This document shows positions 1-9,357 of a stretch of 64,000 bases of DNA, in pieces. The position numbers were made by a program, and so were the translations under genes. Every line of letters begins with the position of its first letter. Position 1 is the stretch's first letter. The notes beneath the pieces were generated by a model that saw nothing but the letters and a program-made list of their open reading frames with translations, was not told where the DNA came from and searched no databases. Source of the stretch: Minisyncoccota bacterium (GTDB lineage Bacteria; Patescibacteriota; Minisyncoccia; Phycocordibacterales; UBA5272); assembly GCA_041651055.1 (NCBI GenBank), contig JBAZJW010000001.1, positions 536,506-600,505 of the forward strand, written 5' to 3'.

Positions 1-7
1 AAAATAT

Positions 8-80
8 GTCCCTATAGCTCAGTCGGTAGAGCAGCTGCCTTTTAAGCAGACGGTCGAAGGTTCGATCCCTTCTGGGGGCA
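8..80 (+). tRNA. tRNA-Lys(TTT), CCA not encoded
   Basis: Cloverleaf: acceptor GTCCCTA/TGGGGGC, D-arm TAGCTCAGTCGGTAGAGC, anticodon arm CTGC-CTTTTAA-GCAG, T-loop GTTCGATC. Confidence 0.95.
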
Positions 81-237
81 CAGCAAATACAAAAAGCAGA
101 ATCAAATGATTCTGCTTTTTGTATTTGCTGTGCCCCCAGAGAAAGTGACCTTCGTCACTTTCGTAAGGGATCGAATAGGGGTCGCAAAGTCTTATATTTT
201 TGTAATCAAAAATAGACTTTGTGACCGATCCCTTCTG
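71..237. repeat. tRNA 3'-end-containing nested inverted repeat
   Basis: 34-bp perfect inverted repeat 71-104/107-140; antisense T-arm piece AAGGGATCGAA 165-175; direct copy CGATCCCTTCTG 226-237. Confidence 0.85.
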
Positions 238-242
238 ACACC

Positions 243-878
243 CTACACCCCCAAAATAACCCCCTCCAACTTCCCCTTCAAATCCCCCTCACCCCTATGT
301 GCCTCGATACTCGCTCGAAGCAATTTCCCCCCGACACGCTCACATTCATCCTTACTCCACTTTGTAGCTTTTCCGTTTAAGGTATCTTCCCATATTGTTT
401 TCATTTTCCACCACAAGGCTCCGTGAATTGCTTCTGCACTATCTAAATCACGTATCCTCATCCACTCTACCCACGCCCCTTTTTTATCTTTTCTGGCAAA
501 GAGATTACACAACGTAAATACATCGACATCCCGTTCTTTTTGTTCACGAGCGTCGAATATTTTTTCAGAATATTTTTCTAACCGTTTCAGCCTGTTCGCA
601 TCGGCAAAAGGTTCATCGATAATAAAAATATTCGCAGACTCTTTCATGTCTGGAAAAAGTCGAATCACTTCATCTCTCGATGCGGCAACATCCATCACCT
701 GGATAAGATTGGCTATAATTTTTTCTCCAAACAATGTAGATGCAGAAACAAACGGTTCAAGCGTAGCAATTTGTTCGCTGTAAATATGTGCTGAAACAGT
801 ACCATGTTTAAGAAGGGCTTCATATGCCTTTTCTCTTCCTTGTATTCCGGTGCCAACGATTGCGTAAATCATAAGCAT
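243..878 (-). CDS. HolA-like (DNA polymerase III delta-like) protein, shortened
   Basis: N-terminal MIYAIVG, STLFGEK motif and DVFTLCNLFARKDKKGAW segment resemble clamp-loader delta; start may be 872. Confidence 0.55.
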   Translation of the reverse strand: MLMIYAIVGTGIQGREKAYEALLKHGTVSAHIYSEQIATLEPFVSASTLFGEKIIANLIQVMDVAASRDEVIRLFPDMKESANIFIIDEPFADANRLKRLEKYSEKIFDAREQKERDVDVFTLCNLFARKDKKGAWVEWMRIRDLDSAEAIHGALWWKMKTIWEDTLNGKATKWSKDECERVGGKLLRASIEAHRGEGDLKGKLEGVILGV

Positions 879-967
879 AGTATACTATGCTTCAATTTTT
901 AATTTGAAATTTTTAATTTTTATTGAAAATACAGGAATAACACCTTCTCCATGAATCCTGTTTCCCG

Positions 968-1044
968 TGTCGTTCCAGGCTTGATCCACCAGCTGGCGGA
1001 GGAATCCAAGTGGACACTGGGGGCCAATTTTCATTGGGGCGACA
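968..1044. repeat. REP-like palindromic element copy A (carries TCCACCAGCTGGCGGA insert)
   Basis: TGTCGTTCC...GGAATCCA...CACTGG...CCAATTTTCATTGGGGCGACA; matches copies at 8788 and 9485. Confidence 0.8.
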
Positions 1045-1103
1045 AAGCTAAATACGAACGTTTTGTATATCTAACCTCTAAAGTCTAATATCTAAAATCT
1101 GCC

Positions 1104-3455
1104 TTATATTGCTTGAAGATTCGCCCCGAGGGATCGTGAAGCTTTAATAGGAAGCTTAGAAAGATTTCTTTTTGATAAAACCTGTTCAAGAACATCCACA
1201 ATATCGTCCGCCACTTTCTCAGCAATGTCAGCCTCAATTTCAAACACAAGTTCATCATGAATTTGAAGCGCAAGCTTCACACTTTTTTCGAGATTGTTTT
1301 TTACAATATACTCATTCGCATCAATCATGGCCAACTTCAAAATATCTGCTGCCGTTCCTTGTATCGGGGCATTGATAGCAATACGTTCTCCTTGTGCACG
1401 TAAAAATGGTAAAGGACTTTTGAGTAACGGAACCTCTCGTCGTCTTCCGAGCAACGTCTCGGTATACCCTTGCTTCCAAGCTGCAGCTTTCACCTCTTCA
1501 AGGTAGTCCATCAATCGGACAAACGTCGCTTTGTATTGATCATAAAATTCCTGAGCTTCTTTTCTTTCAACCTTCATTCCTTCTTTAAGTGCGGTCACTC
1601 CCATGCCGTAGAGGATGCCGAAGTTGATGGCTTTCGCCTTTCGTCTCATGTCTGGTGTGACATCATTTTCAGATACACCAAAGACGCGAGCAGCCGTTCC
1701 TGTGTGAACATCAATTCCTTTTTCAAAAATCTCTACGAGATTCTTATCACCTGATAAAATCGCCGCCGCACGCAAGTCTATTTGGGCATAGTCACATGAA
1801 AGAAGTACTGTACCTTTTCCTGCAACAAAGGCCTCTCGCACTTTTCTTCCCAGCTCACTTTTTATCGGAAGGTTTTGTAGGTTCGGTTCTTCACAACTAA
1901 ACCGCCCCGTGCCTGCCCCTGTCTGCACAAAGTGCGCATGTATTCTTCCGTCGTCTTTCACATACGTCGGTAATAAATCAATGTACGTCGAAAGTAATTT
2001 TGTTAATTCTCGGTACTCCAAAATAAGTGGAATAGATGGATGCTCATCACGAATCTTTTCAAGCTCGCTGACATTTGTACTCTTCTGTCCGGTTTTTGTT
2101 TTTTTGATTTTGATACCAAGGTTAAGCTTTTCATAAAGCACCTCCCCGAGCTGTTTTGGTGATGCGATATTAAATTCACTTCCCACCATTTCGTAAATGT
2201 TCGTCTCAAGAATTTTCACCTTCGCATGAAGCTCTTCACTCATCACTGACAACTTGTGCACATCAAGCGTGATACCGTTTTCTTCCATCTGTTTAATGAT
2301 CGCCATGAGTGGCTGTTCCACAGTTTCAAAAAGATGCCACAAATTTTCTTTCTTTAATTCTTCCTCAAGAAATGTACGCATTTCCGCGGCCGTTTTCTTT
2401 CCCGTGATATTTTGAATCTCGTTTACGGGGGCGTTTGTCATTTCGCTGTGAAGCAAGTGCACCATCACACGTAACTCTTCGAGAGTCTCATGGTCAATGT
2501 CTTCTTCAATTTCTTTTTCTTCTGTCTCTACTGTGTGACCGTTTGCCTTCATGCTGTGAAGACGACTTCTAAGAGATCTGAATTCATACAAGTCACACGC
2601 CGCTTGATACTTTTCAATATCCAAACTTTCCAACCATTCTTTTTCTGGTGGCACATATACACTCGGCGCATCGCGTCTGATGGTTGCCAATGTTTTTGAA
2701 AACAGTGCATCCTCCTCCCCTTCTTCGAGTAATTTCACCATACGTTCCTTGAACCCATCATCAATAAGTTGCTGTGGGTTTTTCTTAATCACATCGTACA
2801 TCTTTTCTATGGTTCCGTACTTCTTGATAAGCTCTGTGGCCGTCTTGTCGCCTATGCCTTTGATACCAATAATATTATCCGATGGATCACCGGCGAGGCC
2901 TTTGTAGTCCGGAATATGGTGTGGACCAAAACCAAAACGCTCTTCTACTTTTTTCTCTGTGTACCACACACCTTCATTTCCTTTCTTCAGTGTAAAGACT
3001 GTTACTTGTTCGTCGTCGACAAGTTGCAACGTATCCATATCGCCACTCGCTATCACTACACGCATACCCTTGTCCTTTTTTATTTGCTCTGCGAGTGTTC
3101 CGAGCAAGTCGTCCGCTTCGAATCCTTCACAGGTATAGACCGGAATAGAAAGTGATTCACATAATTTGTACGATTCTTTTATCTGCTCCACGAGAGCGTC
3201 GTCTGACTTTTGTCTCCCCGCTTTGTATCCATCATAACTTGTGTGACGAAAGGTTGGCTTTGGTAAATCAAAACACGCCGCGATGTAATCCGGTTTTATT
3301 TCTTCATATATTTTGAGCACCATGGTAATGAATCCATAGAGCGCTCCTGTCGGTCTACCGTCCTTGGTAGAAAATCCCTGCATGGCATGATACCCACGAT
3401 GAAGTATCGCGTGTGCATCGAGCAAGACCACTGTTTTTAGATTACTTTTTTTCAT
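1104..3455 (-). CDS. polA: DNA polymerase I (5'-3' exonuclease plus polymerase; 3'-5' exonuclease region largely missing)
   Basis: LLDAHAILHR, FEADD, GDPSDNI, NLQNLP, DYAQIDLR, KAINFGILYG, QIHDELVFE. Confidence 0.97.
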   Translation of the reverse strand: MKKSNLKTVVLLDAHAILHRGYHAMQGFSTKDGRPTGALYGFITMVLKIYEEIKPDYIAACFDLPKPTFRHTSYDGYKAGRQKSDDALVEQIKESYKLCESLSIPVYTCEGFEADDLLGTLAEQIKKDKGMRVVIASGDMDTLQLVDDEQVTVFTLKKGNEGVWYTEKKVEERFGFGPHHIPDYKGLAGDPSDNIIGIKGIGDKTATELIKKYGTIEKMYDVIKKNPQQLIDDGFKERMVKLLEEGEEDALFSKTLATIRRDAPSVYVPPEKEWLESLDIEKYQAACDLYEFRSLRSRLHSMKANGHTVETEEKEIEEDIDHETLEELRVMVHLLHSEMTNAPVNEIQNITGKKTAAEMRTFLEEELKKENLWHLFETVEQPLMAIIKQMEENGITLDVHKLSVMSEELHAKVKILETNIYEMVGSEFNIASPKQLGEVLYEKLNLGIKIKKTKTGQKSTNVSELEKIRDEHPSIPLILEYRELTKLLSTYIDLLPTYVKDDGRIHAHFVQTGAGTGRFSCEEPNLQNLPIKSELGRKVREAFVAGKGTVLLSCDYAQIDLRAAAILSGDKNLVEIFEKGIDVHTGTAARVFGVSENDVTPDMRRKAKAINFGILYGMGVTALKEGMKVERKEAQEFYDQYKATFVRLMDYLEEVKAAAWKQGYTETLLGRRREVPLLKSPLPFLRAQGERIAINAPIQGTAADILKLAMIDANEYIVKNNLEKSVKLALQIHDELVFEIEADIAEKVADDIVDVLEQVLSKRNLSKLPIKASRSLGANLQAI

Positions 3456-3891
3456 AGGTAAGCGTTACATCGCGAGTGTCTTCATCGATCACATCAAATT
3501 CCATCTCCATGTCTGACTGCAAGTATTTCATTTTTGATGGCCACTCGATGGCGATGAGTGTTTGAGGTTCGAGAAGATCTTCTTCCAAACGCAAAACCTT
3601 CGCCTCTTTCGGATGGGTAAATCGATACGCATCGATATGTACCAACTTCGTAAAATGAGGATGTTTCGTTTTGTATTCTTTTTTAAGAATAAAAGTTGGA
3701 CTGTGCACTTCTTCTTTTTCTATACCGAGAACTGAGGCAAGTTCTTTAGTAAAGGTAGTTTTACCAGCACCCAAACCTCCTTCCAAAAGAAGAACCTTTG
3801 CTCGTGGTGTTTCCATGGAAGAAAGCAATCCTGCAACCTTCTCTGCGAGCGTGCGAAGGTCGTCAATGTGTATGGTTACTGTCTCTTTCAT
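3442..3891 (-). CDS. tsaE: tRNA t6A biosynthesis ATPase TsaE
   Basis: LEGGLGAGKTTF, SPTF, HIDAYR, IEW motifs. Confidence 0.95.
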   Translation of the reverse strand: MKETVTIHIDDLRTLAEKVAGLLSSMETPRAKVLLLEGGLGAGKTTFTKELASVLGIEKEEVHSPTFILKKEYKTKHPHFTKLVHIDAYRFTHPKEAKVLRLEEDLLEPQTLIAIEWPSKMKYLQSDMEMEFDVIDEDTRDVTLTYEKK

Positions 3892-3907
3892 ACCGGAAGT
3901 GTACCAT

Positions 3908-3938
3908 GAAAAACCGCCCTTTTTCGGGGCGGTTTTTC
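3908..3938. terminator. Bidirectional intrinsic terminator
   Basis: AAAAACCGCCC-TTTTCG-GGGCGGTTTTT. Confidence 0.8.
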
Positions 3939-3964
3939 TTCTTCAGCTCACATAAGGCATTAAT

Positions 3965-6862
3965 TTAGTGAGAAACGTGTCCGTCATCTTTGTACGAAGC
4001 GTAAATACTACGCGCAAGAATAAAGATAATGAAAAGGATTGCAATAAGTGCGAGCCATTCCACGAGGCTATTAGGAAGGAATCCACTTCCTGCTCCGGCT
4101 CCGATAACATGCTTTGCACCAGTGTCTGTATTATTGACACTCTCATTTGGAAGAATAGATCCGACAACATATGCGGTTACTTCATCCTGCACTTGTGTAC
4201 CAGGAACAGAGTATGCGACATATGCCGTAGTCACGATTGTCTTTCCGAGTGGAGCGTCATTATTCACATTTCCGTTCCATACGATGACACCTTCTGTAAA
4301 TGCGTCGAGTGACCCCTGCATGAAAGTGAGCGTGTGTGTCGCACTGTCGTATGTTCCGGCAAGAGATGACACGAATGTAATTTCTTGTGGAACAGTAATT
4401 CTCATGATCACATTATCAAGACGAGTGTTTGAAAGATTCTTGTAGGTCAATTTATAGGAAACATTTGAACCTGTAGAAAGATTTCCATTTGTCTTTTCCA
4501 TTTGAAGTGCGATCAACTTCTGACCCTGATTAAGGAGTGTGGCGGTTGATTGCCCTACGGTAATAACAGAACCATCTGAACAAGTAATCTGATTTTGTTT
4601 CACTGTTGTTACAGCCTTAACGGTCGTCGTCTTTTTGATAACGGTTATAGGCTTCACGTAGGTGACAGCTTTTGTCTTTGTTGTGAAGTGAACGATTTCA
4701 CCTTTCACGAGTCCGTACTGATTTTGCATCACTGCTCGGCAGTAGTATGTCGTCTGTGGCTTGAGGCTTGCGAGAACATTTGAGAATGGTGACGTAAGTG
4801 CAGATCCAATAGACGCAGTAGCTGTCTGACGACCAAGGTTCGCAGTTTCTCCGTACTCAAACCATCCTGTTGATGGTGCACCTTGCGCAATGAGTCCGAT
4901 ACCATTACAGCGAGCACTTGTGTTTGTAATTTCTGTTACAGCACTTGTAACCACGTTGTTGAACTTCACAACTTGTGGTGGTACGTATGGTGCATATGGA
5001 ACACCAACATAACATGTTTGATATACAGGAACACTCGTTCCATTCGCACACACTTTGTACTGTGAAGGGCAAATTGACGTGTGGGGAATAACACTTCCAT
5101 CCCAACATGATTGTGTTGTGATAACTGGAGGTGTATATGTCGTAGCGTACTGTGAATAATTGTATGTTGGGTACGTGTAGTTTACGTTTGTGTTTGAAAT
5201 AACATTCGTAATCGTACAAGCTCCATTACTGTAGGTTGTGTTCACAGGACATGATGTACTGTTAATAGTACAGACACCATTGATCAGCGTTGTCCCAGTA
5301 GGACATGCAGTGATGTTGATCTGACAGATATTGTTGATGAGCGTTGTGCCTGATGGACACATTGTCGTCCCCTGACCAAGACAGGTGCCATTTGTAAAGG
5401 TTGTTCCTGATGGACAAACCACAGGTGCCTGACATACGCCATTGATAAGCGTTGAATTGGTTGGGCACTGTGCTGGGTACTGACATGTTCCATTTGTAAG
5501 TGTGGTTCCTGAAGGGCAGGCTGTCTGATTGATCTGACATGTACCATTCACCATACTTGAACCTGCTGGACATGAAGTTGTGTTGATCTGACATGTGCCA
5601 TTGATTCTTGTTGTACCTGATGGACACGATGTTGAGTTAACCACACATGATCCAAGAAGAAGTGTTGTTCCCGCTGGACATACTGTTGTGTTCACCTGAC
5701 ATGTTCCATTGATGAGCGTTGTACCTGATGGACATACGGTCTGATTGATCTGACAAGTGCCATTTATCATGGTCGTGCCGGATGGACAGATAGTGGTGTT
5801 CACCTGACAAACATTGTTAATTAATGTTGTGCCAGTTGGACACTGAGTATTGGGTACACAGGTATTTCCAGAAAGAGTTTGACCTGCTGGGCACTGTGTT
5901 GTTGGCACACAAACATTATTTATGAGTGTTTGGCCGTTTGGACATTGAGTGGTTGGTACGCAAACATTTCCCGACAATGTCTGACCAGACGGACATTGGG
6001 TTATTGGCTGACAATCATTTGGATAAGTTACTGTGGTTCCATTTGAACAATGCTTTACACAAGCACCCCCGCTTACTAGCGCGTAACCTGGGTAAACACA
6101 TTGACCTGGCATTATTGTTATTTGACATGAGCCGTTTATATATGAAGAACCCGTTGGACAGGTTTGTGTGTGCACTGGACACTGAGAAGAATACATCACG
6201 GTCGTACCGTCGGCACAATAGTAATATGACGGGTTAACAGTTGTGTTCGTAGTGTACCCTGTTCCTCCTGTGTACGTAGACCCAACCCAGCTCGTGCCAG
6301 AATTATATGTTGATCCTGTATAAAGATTGTCTGTGTAAACAGGTGCAGTGGAGTAAGTTGGAGAGGTGTATGAGTACGAAGGAGAGTATAAATATGAGGG
6401 GTACGTTGGTGATGTATAAATTCCAGAAGTTGATGGACTTGTGTAGATTCCCCCTGTTGTATCACTTGTATAAACACCCGAAGATGGGTACGAAGTATAG
6501 ATACCTGAAGTAGGGTCGCTTGTATAAACACCACTTGTTGGATATGAAGTATAGAGTCCTGATGTTGGATCAGATGTATAAATGCCTGAAGATGGGTCAG
6601 AGGTATAAAGACCAGCAGAAGGGAAAGAGGTATATATGCCGGCAGTTGGGTCACTTGTATAAACACCTGAAGATGGATACGAAGTATAGATTCCAGCAGT
6701 TGGGTCAGAAGTATAAATACCTGTGGATGGGTCGCTCGTGTAGATACCTGAAGATGGGTCTGATGTGAAGATACCGTAGTCATCGGCAGACACAATTTGC
6801 GGAAGAATTATGTTTGAACACAAAACTGCAAGAACGAGTGTTGTAAATATATTTTTTTTCAT
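3965..6862 (-). CDS. Large surface protein: signal peptide, 9-aa repeats, Cys-rich repeats, FN3-like and DUF11-like domains, C-terminal TM anchor
   Basis: Probable start MKKNIFTTLVLAV at 6862 behind its own promoter; WFEYG...LKPQTTYYCRAV (FN3-like), YKLTYKN...TVPQEITFVS (DUF11-like), GFLPNSLVEWLALIAIL tail. Confidence 0.8.
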   Translation of the reverse strand: MKKNIFTTLVLAVLCSNIILPQIVSADDYGIFTSDPSSGIYTSDPSTGIYTSDPTAGIYTSYPSSGVYTSDPTAGIYTSFPSAGLYTSDPSSGIYTSDPTSGLYTSYPTSGVYTSDPTSGIYTSYPSSGVYTSDTTGGIYTSPSTSGIYTSPTYPSYLYSPSYSYTSPTYSTAPVYTDNLYTGSTYNSGTSWVGSTYTGGTGYTTNTTVNPSYYYCADGTTVMYSSQCPVHTQTCPTGSSYINGSCQITIMPGQCVYPGYALVSGGACVKHCSNGTTVTYPNDCQPITQCPSGQTLSGNVCVPTTQCPNGQTLINNVCVPTTQCPAGQTLSGNTCVPNTQCPTGTTLINNVCQVNTTICPSGTTMINGTCQINQTVCPSGTTLINGTCQVNTTVCPAGTTLLLGSCVVNSTSCPSGTTRINGTCQINTTSCPAGSSMVNGTCQINQTACPSGTTLTNGTCQYPAQCPTNSTLINGVCQAPVVCPSGTTFTNGTCLGQGTTMCPSGTTLINNICQINITACPTGTTLINGVCTINSTSCPVNTTYSNGACTITNVISNTNVNYTYPTYNYSQYATTYTPPVITTQSCWDGSVIPHTSICPSQYKVCANGTSVPVYQTCYVGVPYAPYVPPQVVKFNNVVTSAVTEITNTSARCNGIGLIAQGAPSTGWFEYGETANLGRQTATASIGSALTSPFSNVLASLKPQTTYYCRAVMQNQYGLVKGEIVHFTTKTKAVTYVKPITVIKKTTTVKAVTTVKQNQITCSDGSVITVGQSTATLLNQGQKLIALQMEKTNGNLSTGSNVSYKLTYKNLSNTRLDNVIMRITVPQEITFVSSLAGTYDSATHTLTFMQGSLDAFTEGVIVWNGNVNNDAPLGKTIVTTAYVAYSVPGTQVQDEVTAYVVGSILPNESVNNTDTGAKHVIGAGAGSGFLPNSLVEWLALIAILFIIFILARSIYASYKDDGHVSH
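5216..5995 (-). repeat. Coding tandem repeat CPxGTTLINGxC (about 15 units of 17-19 aa)
   Basis: Read directly from the translation. Confidence 0.9.
6398..6775 (-). repeat. Coding tandem repeat G[IVL]YTS[DY]Pxx, 14 units of 9 aa (27 bp)
   Basis: Read directly from the translation. Confidence 0.9.
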
Positions 6863-6912
6863 AGTAAGTAATACTTTTTTCCCAACTGTAATAAAAGAAA
6901 AAGAGTTATTAA

Positions 6913-6940
6913 AGTATACTACATATAATAATAATGTCAA
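6913..6940 (-). promoter_or_regulatory. sigma70-type promoter TTGACA-N16-TATACT
   Basis: Consensus hexamers upstream of ATG 6862. Confidence 0.75.
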
Positions 6941-6951
6941 TAGTAGTGTGG

Positions 6952-6989
6952 AAAAGAAAAACCCCGCGTTGCGAAATGCAAAGCGGGGT
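6952..6989 (-). terminator. Terminator after 7014-7979
   Basis: ACCCCGC...GCGGGGT stem followed by a U-tract on the minus strand. Confidence 0.7.
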
Positions 6990-7013
6990 GCCCATGCGGG
7001 ACTTTGTGAAAAA

Positions 7014-7979
7014 TCAGTTTCCGGAAATCTTCCGGTATGACTTGAAGCCATAGCTTTTACGGGTCTGTTCGACGAAGTCGGAGCAGGATCCGTTGAAACT
7101 TGCAGGCTTGTCGAAGCGCTTGCCAGCGAGGGTGCCGGCAGAACTCTGGTCATCCTTCGTTGCCGGATGAATCCATGCACATTCGACATTCGAGGTAGAA
7201 CTGAAGACTTGAGCCGCAGAAGAAGAAGGGGCTTGGGTCGTCGTTGGGTCGGACGTCGTAATGGTCGCCGTTGCCACAGCCTGGGGCTGTGAACGGGCGA
7301 GCATCGCGAGTGCGATTGCCACCGCACTGTTGCCGTTGTCGGCCGGCGAGACTTTTGCAACTGCCTTGTGGGCCGTTGCATGAGCCTTCTTGGCTGTCGC
7401 CTTTGCATCGTCTGCCGTTTGCACGGCGGACGATGCTGATGCAAGTGCTGCTGTCGCTTTCTCGTCAGCTGCACTTGCCAAAGCTTTCGCCTTCTCGGCC
7501 TTGTCCTTGGCGGCGGCGGCAGTATTGCCCGCAACCTTCGCCTCAGTCATCGCCAAATTAGCCGTCTGCGCAACCGGGACGAGTTCGCTCCGGTCAGGCT
7601 TGAACCAGGCCAAGGCAACGAGCAGTCCAATCAGCAGTGCAGCCATGATGGCCGCAGCGACGATCCATCCGGTCCGGTTTTGACTCGGGGCCGGCATGTA
7701 AACCACTTGAGGCTGTTGTGCGGGCGGCGGGCTGGCGGGGTATTGCGCTGGACGCAAACCCCCTCCACCCGCTGCAGCCAAGGAACGGGCAGCGTTTGCC
7801 TCCTCAGCCTCGCGCTTGTGTGCGGCAGCCAACGCGTCAGCGTTAGCTACTTCAGCAGCGGCCTCAGCTGCGATTTGTTTTTTCCTGGCAGCCTCTGCCA
7901 GGTCTTCTGCAAAAGCAGCGTCTCGGAGGGTGTTCCCTCCAGAGCTTTGCTGTACTACCGGGGGACGAACGGTTGCCAT
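7014..7979 (-). CDS. Membrane-anchored Ala-rich coiled-coil protein with C-terminal CAWIxP...RFDKPAS...GSC domain
   Basis: SD AGGAGG upstream; TM WIVAAAIMAALLIGLLVALAW; alanine-zipper-like stalk; GC-rich. Confidence 0.8.
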   Translation of the reverse strand: MATVRPPVVQQSSGGNTLRDAAFAEDLAEAARKKQIAAEAAAEVANADALAAAHKREAEEANAARSLAAAGGGGLRPAQYPASPPPAQQPQVVYMPAPSQNRTGWIVAAAIMAALLIGLLVALAWFKPDRSELVPVAQTANLAMTEAKVAGNTAAAAKDKAEKAKALASAADEKATAALASASSAVQTADDAKATAKKAHATAHKAVAKVSPADNGNSAVAIALAMLARSQPQAVATATITTSDPTTTQAPSSSAAQVFSSTSNVECAWIHPATKDDQSSAGTLAGKRFDKPASFNGSCSDFVEQTRKSYGFKSYRKISGN

Positions 7980-8063
7980 GATGGCCTCCTGTGGGTTAAT
8001 GGGTTAATTGACAAAAAACACCGTGTCTCGTTAAGGTTATTAACCCTTTCAAAACATATGCAT

Positions 8064-8091
8064 AGTATACATGAAAATATAGATTTGTCAA
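8064..8091 (-). promoter_or_regulatory. Promoter TTGACA-N16-TATACT (near-identical to 8715-8742)
   Basis: Plus strand AGTATACATGAAAATATAGATTTGTCAA. Confidence 0.8.
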
Positions 8092-8128
8092 GGGCTTTAC
8101 TTTTACTCTTAACTTATCAGGTTTGTAT

Positions 8129-8165
8129 AAAAACAACCCCTTTCCGCGAAAAGCGTAAGGGGTTG
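8129..8165 (-). terminator. Terminator after 8189-8635
   Basis: CAACCCCTT...AAGGGGTTG stem with a minus-strand U-tract. Confidence 0.7.
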
Positions 8166-8188
8166 GGTGGCCAATATGGCCTGACACG

Positions 8189-8635
8189 CTATTGGCGCGT
8201 CGCGATGGAGAATCCAAAGCGACCCGCCACCTCTTTCACAAAAGAGGGGCAGCTGCCTTTGTGGCTGGCAGGCTTGTCGAAACGCTCCTTCGTGTCTGGA
8301 TTGATCCATGCACATACGTTCGCAATTGGGCGACCGGTTGTGGAGTCGACCTTCACGTCGTCAGCCTTTACTGCGGCGCGGGGCGCTTCCTGAGCGCGCC
8401 TGTAGATATCGGCTTTGATGGCCGATTCCTTGGCTCGACAAGCAGCGTCGCTACTTGCGTGTTCGGGGTAGTTCACCCCGCCGATAATGCATTGGGGAGC
8501 CCTGGAAACAGTGCCCCCTTGTTGCATCTGGCCACTCATCTGTTGATTTTGCTGGGGAGGCACCGAGGTGCAACCGGTCAGCAGGACAGCAACAGCAACC
8601 AGGGTAACGGAGACGAGGCGGGAGAAGTTGGACAT
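8189..8635 (-). CDS. Putative lipoprotein with the same C-terminal CAWIxP...RFDKPAS...GSC domain
   Basis: SD AAGGAGG before ATG 8635; signal MSNFSRLVSVTLVAVAVLLTG-C lipobox. Confidence 0.8.
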   Translation of the reverse strand: MSNFSRLVSVTLVAVAVLLTGCTSVPPQQNQQMSGQMQQGGTVSRAPQCIIGGVNYPEHASSDAACRAKESAIKADIYRRAQEAPRAAVKADDVKVDSTTGRPIANVCAWINPDTKERFDKPASHKGSCPSFVKEVAGRFGFSIATRQ

Positions 8636-8714
8636 AATGTCCTCCTTAAAAATGAAAAAGTGCGGAAGAAACTCCTGATACATCAAGGTTAGTCGATGAA
8701 TGAGGATCGAATAC

Positions 8715-8742
8715 AGTATACATGAAAACAGAGATTTGTCAA
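8715..8742 (-). promoter_or_regulatory. Promoter TTGACA-N16-TATACT
   Basis: Plus strand AGTATACATGAAAACAGAGATTTGTCAA; 2 mismatches to 8064-8091. Confidence 0.8.
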
Positions 8743-8787
8743 GGCCTTAGTAGGGACACGGACCTCCAGCCGTCATCCATTTTCTTG

Positions 8788-8850
8788 TGTCATTCCAAAT
8801 TTAATTTGGAATCCAGTGAACACTGGACCCCAATTTTCATTGGGGTGACA
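8788..8850. repeat. REP-like palindromic element copy B (63 bp)
   Basis: TGTCATTCCAAATTTAATTTGGAATCCAGTGAACACTGGACCCCAATTTTCATTGGGGTGACA; three stacked hairpins. Confidence 0.9.
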
Positions 8851-8934
8851 CCTTAAAGGTGTCGATTATTTAGAGCTAGTATAATAAAAAGCTGCCGGCG
8901 GATGCTGGCAGCGGGGTTGGCACTTTCGTGCAGA

Positions 8935-9357
8935 TCAGAATGAGTTCTCGGCCTTCATTGCGGAGAAAAGCTCCGGGGGTTCCGCGGGCGGCGGCAAGTA
9001 CAGAACGAACTCGAAAGTTCCGTCTGAATTTAGCTTGCCCCAAGTGCGCCCTTGGCAGACCCAGCCGACACCTTTAATCAACTGATATCCAGCTGAGCAT
9101 CCGCCGCCCGGCTGATACAGTGGCGGAGTTTGCGGATACAGAACCGGTGGGATGTATTGCTGTTGGTATTGTTGGTTCGGCTGAATGTAAATCGGCCTCA
9201 CCTGCTGAGGCTGTGTTTGCTGTGCACCCCCTCCTCCTCCATTGAAACAAACATGCCCTCCGTCACCACGAGGGATGCACCCCGACAAGTTGAGAGCACA
9301 TCCGTGCAAGGCAAGGGCTGCAAGCAGTGCTGCTGCCCAGAAAACAAAACGTCTCAT
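8935..9357 (-). CDS. Putative small Cys/Gln/Pro-rich lipoprotein
   Basis: SD AAGGAG; MRRFVFWAAALLAALALHG-C lipobox-like; promoter TTGACA-N16-TAGATT 9421-9448; terminator hairpin 8886-8912. Confidence 0.7.
   Translation of the reverse strand: MRRFVFWAAALLAALALHGCALNLSGCIPRGDGGHVCFNGGGGGAQQTQPQQVRPIYIQPNQQYQQQYIPPVLYPQTPPLYQPGGGCSAGYQLIKGVGWVCQGRTWGKLNSDGTFEFVLYLPPPAEPPELFSAMKAENSF

Noticed and set aside
6398-6775. 27-bp periodic repeats as a CRISPR array
   Set aside because: In-frame, wobble-degenerate coding repeats with no spacers and no cas genes
6863-7534. N-terminal extension making the surface protein 1189 aa
   Set aside because: It overlaps the gene 7014-7979 in another frame and crosses a terminator and promoter; the signal peptide begins at 6862
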